From positions 5,114,201 through 5,178,200 of the forward strand of contig NC_092679.1 of NCBI RefSeq assembly GCF_964355755.1: a DNA stretch of 64,000 nucleotides. Direction: 5' to 3'. The notes beneath the pieces were generated by a model. The model saw only the letters and a program-made list of their open reading frames with translations. It did not search any database and was not told the origin of the DNA. The stretch comes from Antedon mediterranea. Lineage: Eukaryota > Animalia > Echinodermata. Positions 10,001-23,976 of the stretch are shown one piece after another. Every line of letters starts with the position of its first letter. Position 1 is the stretch's first letter. A program made the position numbers and the translations under genes.

Positions 10001-12668
10001 CTAATTAACACAATAAAACTACAAAGAAAAATACATGAAATTGCAATACCTTTTCAAGAGTCAAGATAATATTTAGACAAACTTTAAAAAAATGTAATTC
10101 GATTTAGGCCCTAAATGGTTACGCAGAAAGATAAAAATGAAACTCATCCATCGGAAAAACAACAAACGGATATAAACAAAATAAAACCTAAAATTGTTCG
10201 AAAATTAAGATTCTTATGAAAGGGTGTCTGCGAAAAATGACATTTTTATTTCTCATTTACTTATTCGACACATATTATTATTAAACAAAAAGGCAATAAT
10301 TGCAGTAGGCCTAATAAATATACCTCCGACAGTAAACGTATTCATAAATTGTTATTATTTAGTTCAACAGTCCGTTTTAAATTATTATACCGTCTAGCGT
10401 GACAGACCTCCACGTATTATTTTCATATAATTTACTGTAGGCCTATACATATTTAACCTATCTTCGAATGGATTCATGAACTTTTAAAATTCAATCTAAT
10501 ACTTCCCGTATTATTGGTTAAACCGGAAAGTTCTTAATGTATATTAGCCAAATCATCAATTTATCAGGACAAATATTTATCTCTCGTTTGTGTTTTCACG
10601 ATTATATTTTAAGCGTTTCAACGGTGATTTCATACTGTGTGATTCACCGCGGACTAGAGAAGGTTTTCACCTTTTGCTAAAGCTAGTCAAATGCGATTAA
10701 AAAAGTAAGGCCTCGGATAATAGGCGACACATTCCAATAACATATTGGTTAGGTAAATTTCGGTCAACATTTTTGGACGAATACGATATTAATGATTGTT
10801 TTTTCGTTAAGAAATATAACGAATTTTATGCAAATTGTTATGCGCGAGTATTTCGCGCCCTGCGCACGTGTGAAGAATAACTTAATATGTGCAATATACG
10901 TAACACGTGCGTATTTTGTGACACGATTTTAACTAACTGTCCATGATTGGCTAAAAAAAACTACAAACGGAGACGCGTTAATACGCGGAATACGACGTGG
11001 AAATGTTACTTGCATGTGTATGATGCCGAGTATTGAGTCACTTAAACATATAGCCTAGATTCGCACATTGGACATTCCAACGCTAACTAGAGCGGACTTC
11101 CCCGACAGCTGGACGTTTGAAATGCATTATATACGCAGCCATTTCGCATGTATGTCGACCATGCTATACATAATCAACACCTGTAATAGAATTAAGAACA
11201 TTACTTATGACCTAAATCGATAGACAGAAAGAAAACGATTGTGGGCGTAATGTGGGTTCTAGTCAATAATCATCGCTTCGGTCAACCTGTTAATAATGTC
11301 AGCATAACTCTCTAATTTAATGCCGTTTCAATGATTGTCGTTATCTAAACACACCCAATGAAATCTGTCTTATCAAAAGCAACAGTTATAATAATTTTCT
11401 CCATACACACATACAATCATGGAATAAATAATTAGGCCTATGTAATCTATGATAGTATTAATGTTGGTTGGTTTACAGAATATTTTTTTTATGTTTCACT
11501 TCAATTTGATCTGATTTTATTCCAATCGTTTAACGTTTTAATCATCAATACAGCTGTACTGTGTATTAAAGTAGTATGACAAGGTAAATGTCGACCATAG
11601 GTGTTTCTCAGATGATGAATTTACTATTAAAACGTAGGTTCCTTTCAATTATAGGTCTGTACATAAACCCTATTGTTAATTATATAAACACCACTGTTTA
11701 ATTTGTTTCTATTTTAAGTTGATTTCAAATTCCCACTTATGGTTTCCTGGAACTCATTGCGAAAGATACTAATAAAAAAGACAATATATAATTTTATTTT
11801 TTAATTAAATTATTCTTGGCACTGCTGTATTGAGATTATAACCATAATGTTTAATACTAATGCTGGTTTAAAAGTCCAGAACTTTCCAAAAGCAATGGCG
11901 TTGGATGATTTTTATTTTTTAAAATAGTCTTCAATACTATAAAATAACATACACAGATGACAAAAGTTACCGAAAATTTCCATTAGTTTTAATAGTACTT
12001 GCCACTAGTATAATAAGCTCCAATAATATTGTTTGAATCACACCTTTATACTCTATACTACAATAGCATGGTCTCTAGGAGACCAAATCCATAAAGAATG
12101 AAAAATAAAATCTAAAAAAACAAAGATAAACAAAGGAATGGGTACTCTAATTCCCAATCTGGTTTGACCATATACACATATAATAAATACAGACTGCGCC
12201 ACATTTTGGCAAACAAACACTGGAAATAGCTCAGCTGCAACGTGGCTGGATCAAGAGTCTATCGTGGAAACACGATGTTGCTGGACTAAAGCGTCTATCG
12301 TGGCAAACACGACTTTCTACATGAATTTTCTCTACACAAGATACCTTTTCTATTTACATTTCAGTGCAAAATAACATTACATATTTGTGTATCAGTTAAA
12401 AAAAAAAAAATTAAGAAAAAAATTAACGAAACCTTAAAAACATTTACACTACATGCAATATCACTTAATCTAAATGTGTCCCCTTCTTTACTCAGAACGG
12501 CTTATAATTTCCTCCAGTGTGCCTTCTGAAAATCGAAGTGGACAAATAGTACTATTTGTGTATTTGTCTAGGCCTTAATCAACGAACCTGTCGTTGACCT
12601 AATAGCTCATGCCATCTTGGCCAACGCCAAGATGACATTTAAGCACCGTGTCTAAAGACTTTTTATTT

Positions 12669-12813
12669 GGCTCGATTCTCATTAGGATGCAAAGACGTAC
12701 GCGCAACGCAAGTAATTTGAACCAATCACAAGCGACGGTCATCAAAATTGTCGCTTGTGATTGGTCAAAGCTGCGCGTACGTTCTGGCGTAGTGTCCTAA
12801 TGGGAACTAAGAT
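12669..12813. mobile_element. Diverged MITE family A copy
   Basis: accaatcacaagcgac...gtcgcttgtgattggt inverted core and eroded TIR ctaatgggaactaag. Confidence 0.7.
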
Positions 12814-14502
12814 TTATACATAGTAATTGTATTAGACCAGTAACAGCGTGAGCCTACATCGCATGTAAGACAAGGTCTAGAATTAAACTTTAGACCAAGG
12901 CTTTCTTCATTGCATGTTGGTCTTAGGCCTAAATTACATGTTCTTAAAATCGTCACATATATCAGCTGCAGTTTGGAGGCTTTTCAAGCCGGTAGGAAAG
13001 ATCCGAGGAAAAATATACAACAGGGCACATTATTAACATGAATAACATTCATGTTGCTTTTTTTCGTTTTTTTTATCGATAATTTACAATACAATCCAAT
13101 ATTCAAATACTCCCAAGCCTTTTTAAAAGACTCTCTACAGTATAAAAAGTCGTTTCTATTACATAATATCTACAATATAAATTCTTTCCAAACTTACTAT
13201 CGTAAAATTCGTTCAAATGACAAAGTTACATAGTAGAAACTTGGTTATTTCAGTTATAATAATGTACAAACTAACCACTGTATCAATTAACATTAAAAAC
13301 ATACGAATTTAGAAATATTATTCTTTTTAAAGACCATCGTAACACTAACCAGCACCACGGTGATTACACCATGGCTTAAATTACAATACTCGTAATAAAT
13401 ATTTTATTCAATATTTATACAGCATATATCATCCGAACATAAAACTCAAGAATATTATTGAGATATGCAAAATGGGGGAAAAACGTTCAAAATACGTTCA
13501 AAATACGTATAACCACACACCTAACGTAGCAATAACAATTGATGATGATGATGATAACAGTACCGTAAAGACCTATTTAATTAGGCCTATATCAAATAAT
13601 AAATAGATAGAAATTACATTAAAGAAACATCTAATTGACGAGCAATATGATAAAGTTATGCAAATATACCAAATGTATGTATACAAAATGAAACATGAAA
13701 TAGTAACGCGTATTATTCGGCGAATAGAATTTAGATGAAACAAAATGGCGACACAGGCGCGACCAATGCGATTCACAGACTGACGATATTTGCTATCAAC
13801 TTAAGTGCATTTAACCCAGTCTGTCTATACGAACTCAGGTGCATATTCACAGCAACATGAATTTAATGGCACTAACAGTAAAGTAACAGCAGTGATCGTA
13901 ATAATGTTTTAAACGTACGATATAGTCTTTGGGCTATGATAGAAATAGGTTGATAGATTCTCTTGTTCCAATTAGAATTTAACTCGAAACCGTTGTACGT
14001 CATAAATTTAGTGTATTGTTCAATAAACGCAATCTGTCTCCTTTTCGTTATGCTCTACATTAGTAATAATCATACTTGCACTATACGCCACGACATTACA
14101 TTGCCTATAAAATAATATATCATAATAGCGGTATTCAGCGTATAAAAATCACACGAACAAAGTCGATCAGATTAATATGCGGCGGTATTTAGGAGTAAAT
14201 CAACGTATAGCCTAATTTGTTCGCTGAAGGAATTTAAAACGATTATAACCAACATACGATTGATGTATTTAAACCCTACATGAAAAATGAGGTTTCACAA
14301 AGAATTAATGCGAGCAAAGCGGGATACTGTAGATTACCGATCTAATCCTTGGTACATGGGTTCGCTCATTAACGAAACGACTTACTACAGTCATATTATA
14401 GCTTGAATTAAATCCTCTCTTAATATATAAACAATGATGAAATAGGCCTATATAAGAAATACTAGATTTCAATAGAAATTATTAATTCAACAATTTCTGT
14501 AA

Positions 14503-14665
14503 AGATTGGTTCACACTATGACGCAACGAAATGGCGTACGCGCAACGCAAGTGAGTTGACCAATCACAAACGATTCGGATGGTCCATCACGTCATGCGTT
14601 CTAGTGTGAACTAAGCTTTAAGTCTTGTGTTGCGTTCTAGTGTGACCTAAGCTTTAAGTCTTGTG
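14503..14665. mobile_element. Diverged MITE family A copy with duplicated right end
   Basis: Left TIR agattggttcacacta; right end tgcgttctagtgtgaactaagctttaagtcttgtg present twice with a 36-bp period. Confidence 0.7.
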
Positions 14666-16592
14666 CCCAAGACAGCCACAGGTGGCAATTGTTAGATAAC
14701 AAATAATCTATTAAAAAAGTGAATAATTTGAAGAAAAAACTCGAGTTGAAATATTGAATGAAGTGGATAATTGATTACAATTCTCAATAAAAAGAAAACG
14801 ATAAAAAAGAGATTAGATTATACTTTGAATCGTTATGCTTTGGGAAAAAATTTAAAACTAGTGTTAATACAATCAATTGTACTTTTTAAGTAGAAAGTTG
14901 TATTCGACAACTTTATACAAAATGGTATATTATGCTATTGTTAGCTGCATTTACAGTGAATACGACTTTACAACTATAAAACACAGCTATATACAGCACT
15001 GACGCATTTCGTTAAGAGGAAATGGATGTTGAAACCTTCTAAGCAGTAAGTTAAATAATAAGGCCTACTAAACTACATGTATTTATCGAGAACATTGCAA
15101 CAACAACGATCACTTTAATGCTTTTTGTATGACATTTTACTACATTTCTTGGACAGATTGCGAATTCGAAATTTAGGTCTTGTAATTTTAAACAGGCTCG
15201 TGAAAGTGTTGAAGACGATAAAACAGTAGGCATGCAATTGGGTCAAAGAAGTGAATATTTAGGCTAAAGAAATTGCATAACCGACGTTTTTCGAATAATT
15301 TGCGGTAGCAGAGTTCAAAAGATGCTTTGCCCCAGGCTAAAATATCATTTCACAATACTACTATTGATCAACAAGGTCAAATACAGTCTAGACCTTTTTA
15401 GTTATGCTGTGAAATGAAATACCAATAACTTTACATACAGACTTATTAAAAGCACAAAAGAATACTGCGCAAATAAACCGTCATCTAAATACGCTTTTTC
15501 TTTTTATAGCTGATGGTTCGCGGGTACAAAAGCGATTGTAAATCATTTATACTTTGCATTGGCTAACAAATAACATTATAAAATTTAATTATAACACGCA
15601 ACGGGCTAGGCATTCACATGATAGTGGATGGCCTGCTGGTACCCAGGAAAAAACTACATAGTATAATATTTTAATTTTTGCATGGAAAATAGCCGATGGA
15701 TTCGGCATTTGATTAATAAACCTCGTTGAATTAGGTTAAGCAAGCCTCTGGTTAAGATCTCTGGAAATAGAATGCTTTTATAATGACGGCATTAGTATGT
15801 ACAGAAAACATCAAACGCTTTCAAACATATTGCAAGGGGTAACTAAAAAGGTCATTCAAAGCGGCAACCGACAATAATGTAAATTAATTCTAGGCGATAA
15901 AATATGACAATTTATAAATTTACATAAAGACGGCTTTGAACTGGCGCCATATGTTTGGCGATCACAGGATGATATTATATCAATATTCTATATAAATACA
16001 TATTTCTATATAATACTGGTATATATAACATATATAATTTCAATGAATAAATAATAGGTCTTGTAGAACAAAATAATTATATTCAATAGATTTAAAGTGA
16101 TAAGAAAAAATAATTTTAAAATAACTATAATATTTAAAAACTGTTATTATCATCATCAGTGCTAAATGCTACAACTTGTATGTAACGAAACAGAATTGGT
16201 CCACCAAAAACACAAATCTAATTTTATGTAAAAACACAATACATCAATTCATGATCCAACCAATATATAGATTATTGTTTTTGTTTTGCGAAATGAAATA
16301 TTTTTGCTAGTGTATTGCTTCGGCCATGGCATTAGTTCTTGCTAAATTATCACATTTGATATTTAAAGAAAAATAACAATTGAGTCTATACTTCTGGGTA
16401 GTAACCAACAGATTGGATATAACTATCTAGTCATTAGGGCCTATATCTTGTACAGATACAAATAAGCAGCTATGCTACTGAGTGAAACCACACACAAAAA
16501 AAGTTTTACAAAAGACTGAGCTGAGTGAGTATACCGTTTGGGTCAGGGAAACGGGCATTGTTGTGCCTGTAAAACCAAGTAGGCCTACACAA

Positions 16593-16886
16593 TATAGAAC
16601 TCCGATTTGAGACGATCTACGACCTATGCGCATGTCGTTGGGTCACATTTGGACGAAACGCAAGGGCGTAAGTAATAACCAATCACGAGAAGCGATGGAT
16701 TATAACTGTCACTTGTGATTGGTCAACAAACTCGTTGCCCGGACGCCATTGCGTTACGTCGACTTGAGAACTAAGTTTTAGAATCGTTGTCGACGACTTG
16801 GGAGGAAGTATATCTCAATGCCCCACATGCACATAGTAAACATGACGTAACTATTCTCTAGATCGTCACAAACCGAAATCTCTCTA
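16593..16886. mobile_element. Old inverted-repeat element with a diverged family A MITE (about 16638-16777) nested inside
   Basis: Outer arms cgatttgagacgatcta / tagatcgtcacaaaccg; inner accaatcac...gtgattggt core and gagaactaag end. Confidence 0.55.
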
Positions 16887-18065
16887 ACGCTTCTAACTAA
16901 TATATCTCAGTTGCAATGAAGTATCTTTATAGAAACAGAAAGATCATTTACATAATTTGAATTTCATTCAATCGAAGCTTATTGCACAACGCCATGTCTC
17001 ATTTTTACAACTTCCAAAAAAGTTTTCAAAAGTGCTTTGGCGAGGAGCACAAAAAAGTGACAGACGCATATAAAATACATGTTACGAAATAGAGGAATTA
17101 AAATCTTGTTTTTGATAATATTTCGTTAAAAATTCACAAACTTGCACTAAACCTGCATATCATATTAATGACAATAATAAAAAAATAGTTAAAAACCCAA
17201 AAAGCAACAATTAAAAAAGACTAAATCTAGATTTCTAAAAAGCATTAAGGTTTTGTGTTTTTTTAAACTAATTTTGCTTTTAAAGAGCCTTACTTTCTTA
17301 AACTGTAAAACTGTCTTACACAAAAAACGGTGACGATTTATTATTAAAAATATTTGTTTATATAAATGACAATATAATTACGATTGGCACATATCCAATA
17401 TGAACAATTAGAATTTCAGATAAAACACAAAACCAAACCCCGTGTGTATTTCAGAATAATATTAATGCTGAATCTTAATGTACACTTTTGTTTTTTAAAA
17501 CTTTAAGCTCACCAGAGGTTCAATCAACTAGGAAACTCAACGTTTTAAAAAAAGAGCTTCCAAATTACAATCGGATCATCATTGTGACCCCAAGTCATGT
17601 GGTGTACCGTCATGTGGTACAAGTTTTGGTAATGGTGTTCGATCACTACAGTAAATCTTTATGTCTTCTGGCAATTGATTGTAATCTTCAATGGCGTGAA
17701 GCCAGGGATTGCAAGAGAATTTGATTGTATGCCTGCAAAATTATTTTCAGCTAGATATTCAGATCAATTGAGAAAGACAATTAGCACAGGATGGAGACTG
17801 TGCAAACGGTGTGATGGCGTCTGGCACTAAAGTTTGCACTTGCTGAATTAACTACAAAATAGAATAGCTGCAGTTCTTGAACATTACTCTAGAGTGCACA
17901 AGCCTCTTATAATAAAGCATGCTTGCTTTATAATTACATCCTGGTTCGAAGCCCATTCTAATCTGATTCAGTTTTCTCATCCTTCCAGTAGTTGTATGTC
18001 TGCTTTTCCTAAACCTTCCACATGTTCCTATTAATGTAGTCATTTGAAAGTTCCTTAACTAAACA

Positions 18066-20137
18066 TCAGTTGTGACCTAATACTGGTTCAGGCCGCGGTA
18101 TTGTTCCTTTAATAGCACCCCAGTGCCATTTTTTCATGTGTTTCTCCAACGTGCTATATACAGAGAAAGGCATTGAACAGACTTCACATTTGAAAACCTC
18201 TTTAGCGCCTTGCCCGTGTGTCTTCATATGTCGTGTCAATTTACTACTTTGTGCGCATGCGTAATTACACAGCTGACACTTGTAAGGCTTCTCACCGGTA
18301 TGACTTCGTCGATGGACCGTCAGATTGCTGCAATTCTTGAATATCTTACCGCAAAACTCGCATTTATCAGATCTTCGCTCTCCGCTAACTGGTCGGGGTC
18401 TTGCTGGTGGTACTAGACTTATTACGTGTCGAGCACCACTTCCCGTCATTATGGTTTCAGCAGGTACTCGAGGTGTGTATGCCAACCCCCGAAATCCACC
18501 GTTAGTGGCTCCAATATCTACCTGAGATGCATGACTTGCAATAACTTGATCCATTGGCCACATATGAGGTGGTTCCGTTTTTATATTTTTCTTAAATTCC
18601 ACTAAGCTAGGGGGTTCTCCTACACTCCCTCGTCCATCTTTTATCCTAGGCGAATTTGAAATTCTTGAAAACATATGGTGGTCCGGAGATGGTCTTTCAC
18701 TTGGGCTTAATCTCTTTGACGTTCCTGCTTCATGTGGAGATCTTTCAGCTGGAGTGCACGCTTTTGGCCATTCTGGCTGGCTCGCTGGTCTTTCTGGCAG
18801 TTTGTCTGACAATTCTGAAATTGTTCGTTCTCTCATAGCTAGTTCAAATGCTTCATTGTAAGACGGTATATCACTAAGACCAGTTTGAGCCATGACATCA
18901 ATGAGGACCGACACACTCTCGCATTGTTTATTTACAGTTGAATGCACTGGTGTTGCGTTTCCTGAATTTGGTTGTGTTTTTGTCTCACTTTTGTCATCCA
19001 AATCTACCTCTTTTTTTATTTCTTTATTCATTCTAACATCAGTTTCTTCTACTTCCTGTTCTGCCACTTCTTCCTCTTCCTCTTCTTCCAACTCCTCCTC
19101 TTCCTCCAACTCCTCTTCTTCTTCTTCTGAATTTGTTGGTGAAACTTTATCAGTCATGTATTTCAACGCTAAGTTCACTGTATTGTGATCTGACTGAGAT
19201 GATGAAATGGAAAGTTCCTCATCCGTTGGACTTGATATATCATTGTCCAAACGGCTATTAGCATCATATTGATGTCGTAACCGTAGTTTGTGAGTATTCA
19301 TATGACGTTTTAGTTTGCTAGCTTGACTGCAGGCATGGTCACATAACTTACATTTGAAAGGTTTCTCACCTGTGTGTGACCGACGATGCACTATTAAATT
19401 ACTTTGAAATTTGAAGCACTTTCCGCAAAACTCACAGATTTTGTCCTTAGAAGGTGCAGATGGAGGTTTCAACATGTATGGAATTACAGGAATTGGTGGC
19501 CGTCTTTTGATTGGAGTATCCGGTGGTGTTGTCGTCGGCCGTTTAGTTGCAGCCACATTTATTAGCTTTTGAGAGAAATAATCTGGTCCGTTGTCTATGC
19601 CCAGAACAGGTTGGCTTTGTTGTTGTTTGTATGGAAGGCCTATTTCTTCAAATGCAGATGCTATTGGACTTTCATAATGTAAGCTCCATTCCTTTGGAGT
19701 AGGTGGACCATATAGGTTATGTCTTCCATCTAAGTCTGGACCACTTCTACTTTGATACCGCTCCATTAGTGCTTGATGTGTGTACATTAAATGATTTCTT
19801 GTATCAATATGATGAAGTCTTGGTGGGCTACCAACGTGAGGCTTCATCATTGGTGCTGTATAGAGAGGTGGCTCAGGGAAAGGCTTGATTGGTGTTGGAC
19901 GAGTTGGAGATTCTATCGGTACAGACGGTGCCTGTATGGTGTTCTCAGCAAGTATAGTTTCAACAGATTGAACCGATTGAGGTGATTGGCTATTGTCATT
20001 GTCCATTGGTTCTGATGATGTTTGTTCTTGGTATATTCTCATACCATGTTGGTTCTGGGCATGATTCAGAAGACACCAGGCACTGTTAAACTCATGTTTA
20101 CAGGTTGAGCAGATATGTACTACAGGTTCATCATTAT
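18066..20137 (-). CDS. BCL11: BCL11/CTIP-family zinc-finger transcription factor, terminal coding exon (ZF1, ZF2-3, acidic tract, ZF4-6)
   Basis: Acceptor gttttatAG at 20138-20139 extends the 658-aa ORF to include ZF1 (ICSTCKHEFNSAWCLLNHAQNQHGMRIY); ZF2-3 CEFCGKCFKFQSNLIVHRRSHTGEKP and ZF4-6 ending MPFSVYSTLEKHMKKWH closely match vertebrate BCL11A/B; stop TGA at 18066-18068. Confidence 0.96.
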
Positions 20138-21787
20138 CTATAAAACAAACACAATATTATTTCTAATACGAGTCTAATAAATTCCTACCGATATTATGAT
20201 CTTTGATCAGGAAAAAAAACCTGACAATTTAGGACAAATTTATATTCACAAACCAAAAACGTTTTTATAATGAATGTTTAAAAAGTTATTTCTTAAATAA
20301 ATCTTCAGTGAGTAGAGGAAATAATTGGTAATTTATGTGATCTTGCAATTGGAAAAAACCCATTTTGTCACATTTTGCGAATTAGAGTTTAAAATGACTG
20401 GCATGTGTGTTCAGAAATTTAGATGGCGCCGCAGATGTAAAGGCGTTCTGTCAAGGCAACCGTTGGGAAATTTACGATGTCATGTCAATTGAATTCTGCA
20501 CCTGCGAGGGGTCAGCAGAGAGCTTCCTCTCGAGATTTAAGTTCCAATTATTTGCGCAAAGCAAGTGGCTAACTTTGACAAAAAGAACTATGATGACAGA
20601 AATACGGGAGATGAATTTATTTTTGATGCATGTCATATCTGGGGGAAAAATCAGATCAACCATGGACTCATGTAAGTTTTCCCAAACATAATGAAACATT
20701 TGAATATTTTTAAGGTTTGAAAGTAAATTTCTATAATAATTTTTTTTTAATGTGACTATCTTTGAACTGTAGAATAGAAGAAAATTAGAAATTTAAAAAT
20801 AAGAATGTAAGTTTACATTAATTGTTGAGCGTAACCACATGTTGGAAAATTGATAAGGTGGAATTTTGATAGTTCCTACAGTAGTCATAGTATCTAGTGA
20901 CAAACGAAATGTCATAACCCAAAATGAAACCATTCCAATGACATTTGTTCAAGCGAGTAAATTTGGTAACATAAATCTTTACAAGGATATTTTATGGATA
21001 ATTGGAACCAGACATCATTAGAAAAATTTACTATTTCTGATATGATTTCTAATTTTGCGTTTTCTTGACAAAAACCAGATATAAGATTTAAAAACGAAAC
21101 TGAATGAATTTGTAGAAATAGAACGGTAATAGAGTGTTTAAAGAGATGAATTTGTGCGAATGCACACCTTTGGAAAACATTAATACGCCAAACATTCTAA
21201 AACTGGGACATAGTATGAACTATGTGCTAGCTAGGTGGTACATTTTCAAAGGGCTCTCACGTTATCCAATAAAATCCATTTGTAGTGGATATGGTATCAT
21301 GCTGATTTCACCAATGTCATAAACTTATGCCTAAGCTACAGATTCCTGCCCGGCACATTTCCAGGTGATTATTTCATTGTTAAATAGGGTGATGAAAATT
21401 AGAAATCCCAGAAACTTGAGTGTCATTGTTACTCTAGCGAGGTGACTGAAAGATTGATCATTAACTATATATATTATAATTTCTTTATACGGCATGAATT
21501 GTTAATTCCCACTTGACTACCGCATAATATTGTCGCATTTATATTTACTTCAGGTCGAAGGTCATGATTAAGAAAACATATAGAATTGTTTAGGGCATTT
21601 GCACTTTACATAGAAGTCCTTCCGTAATACACATCATTAAAATGAGGTGAAAAACCTCTGAAAACCAAAATATTTGTTTAGAAAATTTGTAGTTAGCATG
21701 ATTGGTTGAAGGGCGTTTGACTTAAGTAGTAATGTTTTCTTTTTCACGAAAACTTTAACAGTACACTGCCCTCAAATATAATAACAC

Positions 21788-21860
21788 CAGGGCGGATCCA
21801 TGATAAAACAATAGATAATTTCATTTTACCTGACCCTAGCACTCCCCTGGATCTGCCCTC
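21788..21860. mobile_element. Small MITE remnant with CAGGGCGGATCCA-type TIRs
   Basis: cagggcggatcca ... tggatctgccct inverted termini, GC-rich against AT-rich flanks. Confidence 0.55.
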
Positions 21861-21968
21861 TTCATTCATATCATAACGAACTTGTTGTATATTTTTGTGA
21901 AAAGAACGGTTTGTTTGACCATTACTATCTTGCAACATAATAAATACAATTTATCTACAACACCATAC

Positions 21969-22310
21969 CTTTCTTATCAACATCAGCAGGTACTTGTTCA
22001 TGGCTTTTAATTCCTGTTGTTGCATTATTAATCTGTGATTCCCATGCCGAGTTTCCGCGTTCTTGTCTCTTAATGTTCGTGATGATTTTCGTTTTTTGCG
22101 CTCTTTGCACCATTGATTTTCCGCCTGGATCATCTTGCGTGTCCTTATGGTTGGTTCCAATTACGTTTCTTTGTGGACATTTTCGTTTATGATCAATGAA
22201 CTTAACAATATCACCGAGTTCAAAGTCTTGTTGACATATACCACATGTTATTAGGTCACTTTTTGGTGCTTCATCTCCTTCCAACGGTTCATCTGCATGG
22301 TTACTTTCTT
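21969..22310 (-). CDS. BCL11: BCL11 internal coding exon (342 nt, phase 1-1) encoding the CCHC ZF0 multimerisation finger
   Basis: [27 protein letters not shown] matches BCL11A ZF0; acceptor caattacAG at 22311-22312, donor AAG|GTATGG at 21968; splices in frame (G+AT = Asp) to the terminal exon. Confidence 0.93.
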
Positions 22311-23976
22311 CTGTAATTGGAAGACGAATAAAATAGTTTAAAAATGAGTACAACTGTGATAGGATGGCGTTTCTTTCCTCCATCCAAAACTATTTATTTA
22401 CAATTTTCAAAAACAAAAATAGAAAGAAGATTTTGGGATCTGAGAAGAATTCAAAGTTTAAAAGTAAAAGTAAAAAAAATTAATTGAAGGAAGACCAACA
22501 GTCAGCACAGAATACTCCAGTCATACATGATTGGTGGCAGCCTTTTCTAGGAACCAACATTGCAGCAACATCTTTCTTTTTAGCAATTCAAAGATTTAAC
22601 TTACCTTTTACTTCAAAATATATTCATAGTTATTGCACCTTCTCCTATTATAGAGTACTAAACTTATTAAAATCAGGAACTAAGTGCAGTTATTAAGAGT
22701 GGGTATTACAGTAAGTACAGTAATTAAGACTCAGGTACTAAATCTTAAAGATCCGGTACAAGTCTTTACCAATATCAACTTTCTTAAAAATTAATGATCG
22801 ATCAAAACTTTTTTTTTTAAATTAAATGTTATCATGATCTGTTATTGAAATCAATAAGTCACATTTTGTATTTGTAGTAGAACTTAAATGTATCATATTT
22901 ACTTTATGAAAAATAAGTACATATTTAACCTAAATATTCAACAACAAAAATCATACATAATTCTATTAAATGCCATAGGTGCCGGTATACAGTAGTACAT
23001 ATATGAATTAAATTAATCCATGTACAATAGTACTGTATAATTATGAACAAATATGAGCAGCTGGATCAGTTATATAATAATGGAATAATGTATCTCATTA
23101 ATATATTAATACGTGGATAAATATGTATATAACATAGTGGATTAAAGTTTGAAAAAAAATCTCTATAAATCTTATTTAATCCGACTGTAAATCCTATTTT
23201 AAAAATCCTACGCCTACAACCTTTTGAAATTTGAATATAAAATCTTTAAAATGTGTAAAGTTTGTGGTACATGTGGTGACGGACTTTAAGTTGTAAATAA
23301 ATCTTGGTCATTTTAGCAGAAAAAGTATGACACACCCAAGAGCCACACCCAAATAAGATGGCGCTGATATGACATTCAAAATTGTTAAAAATTCAATATT
23401 TAATAAGTTCCATATTAAAAAGAATTATAAAATTGATAAGGTTCACTAAGCAATTGTTAGAAAAATATTTGAAACCAGGGTGGTACCAATTGAAAGTAAA
23501 CAGATTTAATTCCATTACAAAAAAATATACTGTATACGCATGTTATAATTATATTAAGTCCAGTTAAGTTCTAGGGGAAAATATTATTTTTGCTAGACAT
23601 CATGAACAAGATTAACCTTCGAACAAGGCAAGATCAATAGCGTCTATTGAAAAGAAACCGATGCGACTAAAAGGTAGGTTTATGCTCCGATTAACATCGT
23701 CCACGGACAATGGCCATACATAATGTTTCAACGTTGTATACCAATTTTTAAAAGACCTCAAATACGGAAATGTAAATAAGGTCTGTGATTAAGGCCTTGA
23801 CCTATCTGTATGTGTTTATCGTGAATTTAAAGCATTACCCTGTAATACCATCCCGTTTCCTGTATTGCCACCGGACAGTCCTCATATTCTGTGAACATGT
23901 TCTATGTTCTAAACTCATTCAACACCTTCAATCAATTAAACATCACCCCATTTTTTTTTTTTATATACTGTGAGCT

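Noticed and set aside
17852-18065. Stop-codon readthrough or downstream ORF after BCL11
   Set aside because: Stop context TGA-TGT is not a known readthrough motif and an in-frame TAG follows after 18 codons; the 63-aa ORF has no features.
18210-19985. Plus-strand ORFs overlapping BCL11
   Set aside because: Antisense shadows of the real exon.
22311-22383. ATG at 22383 as the BCL11 start
   Set aside because: The first 24 codons are intron-like and precede a good acceptor at the position where BCL11 genes have an intron.
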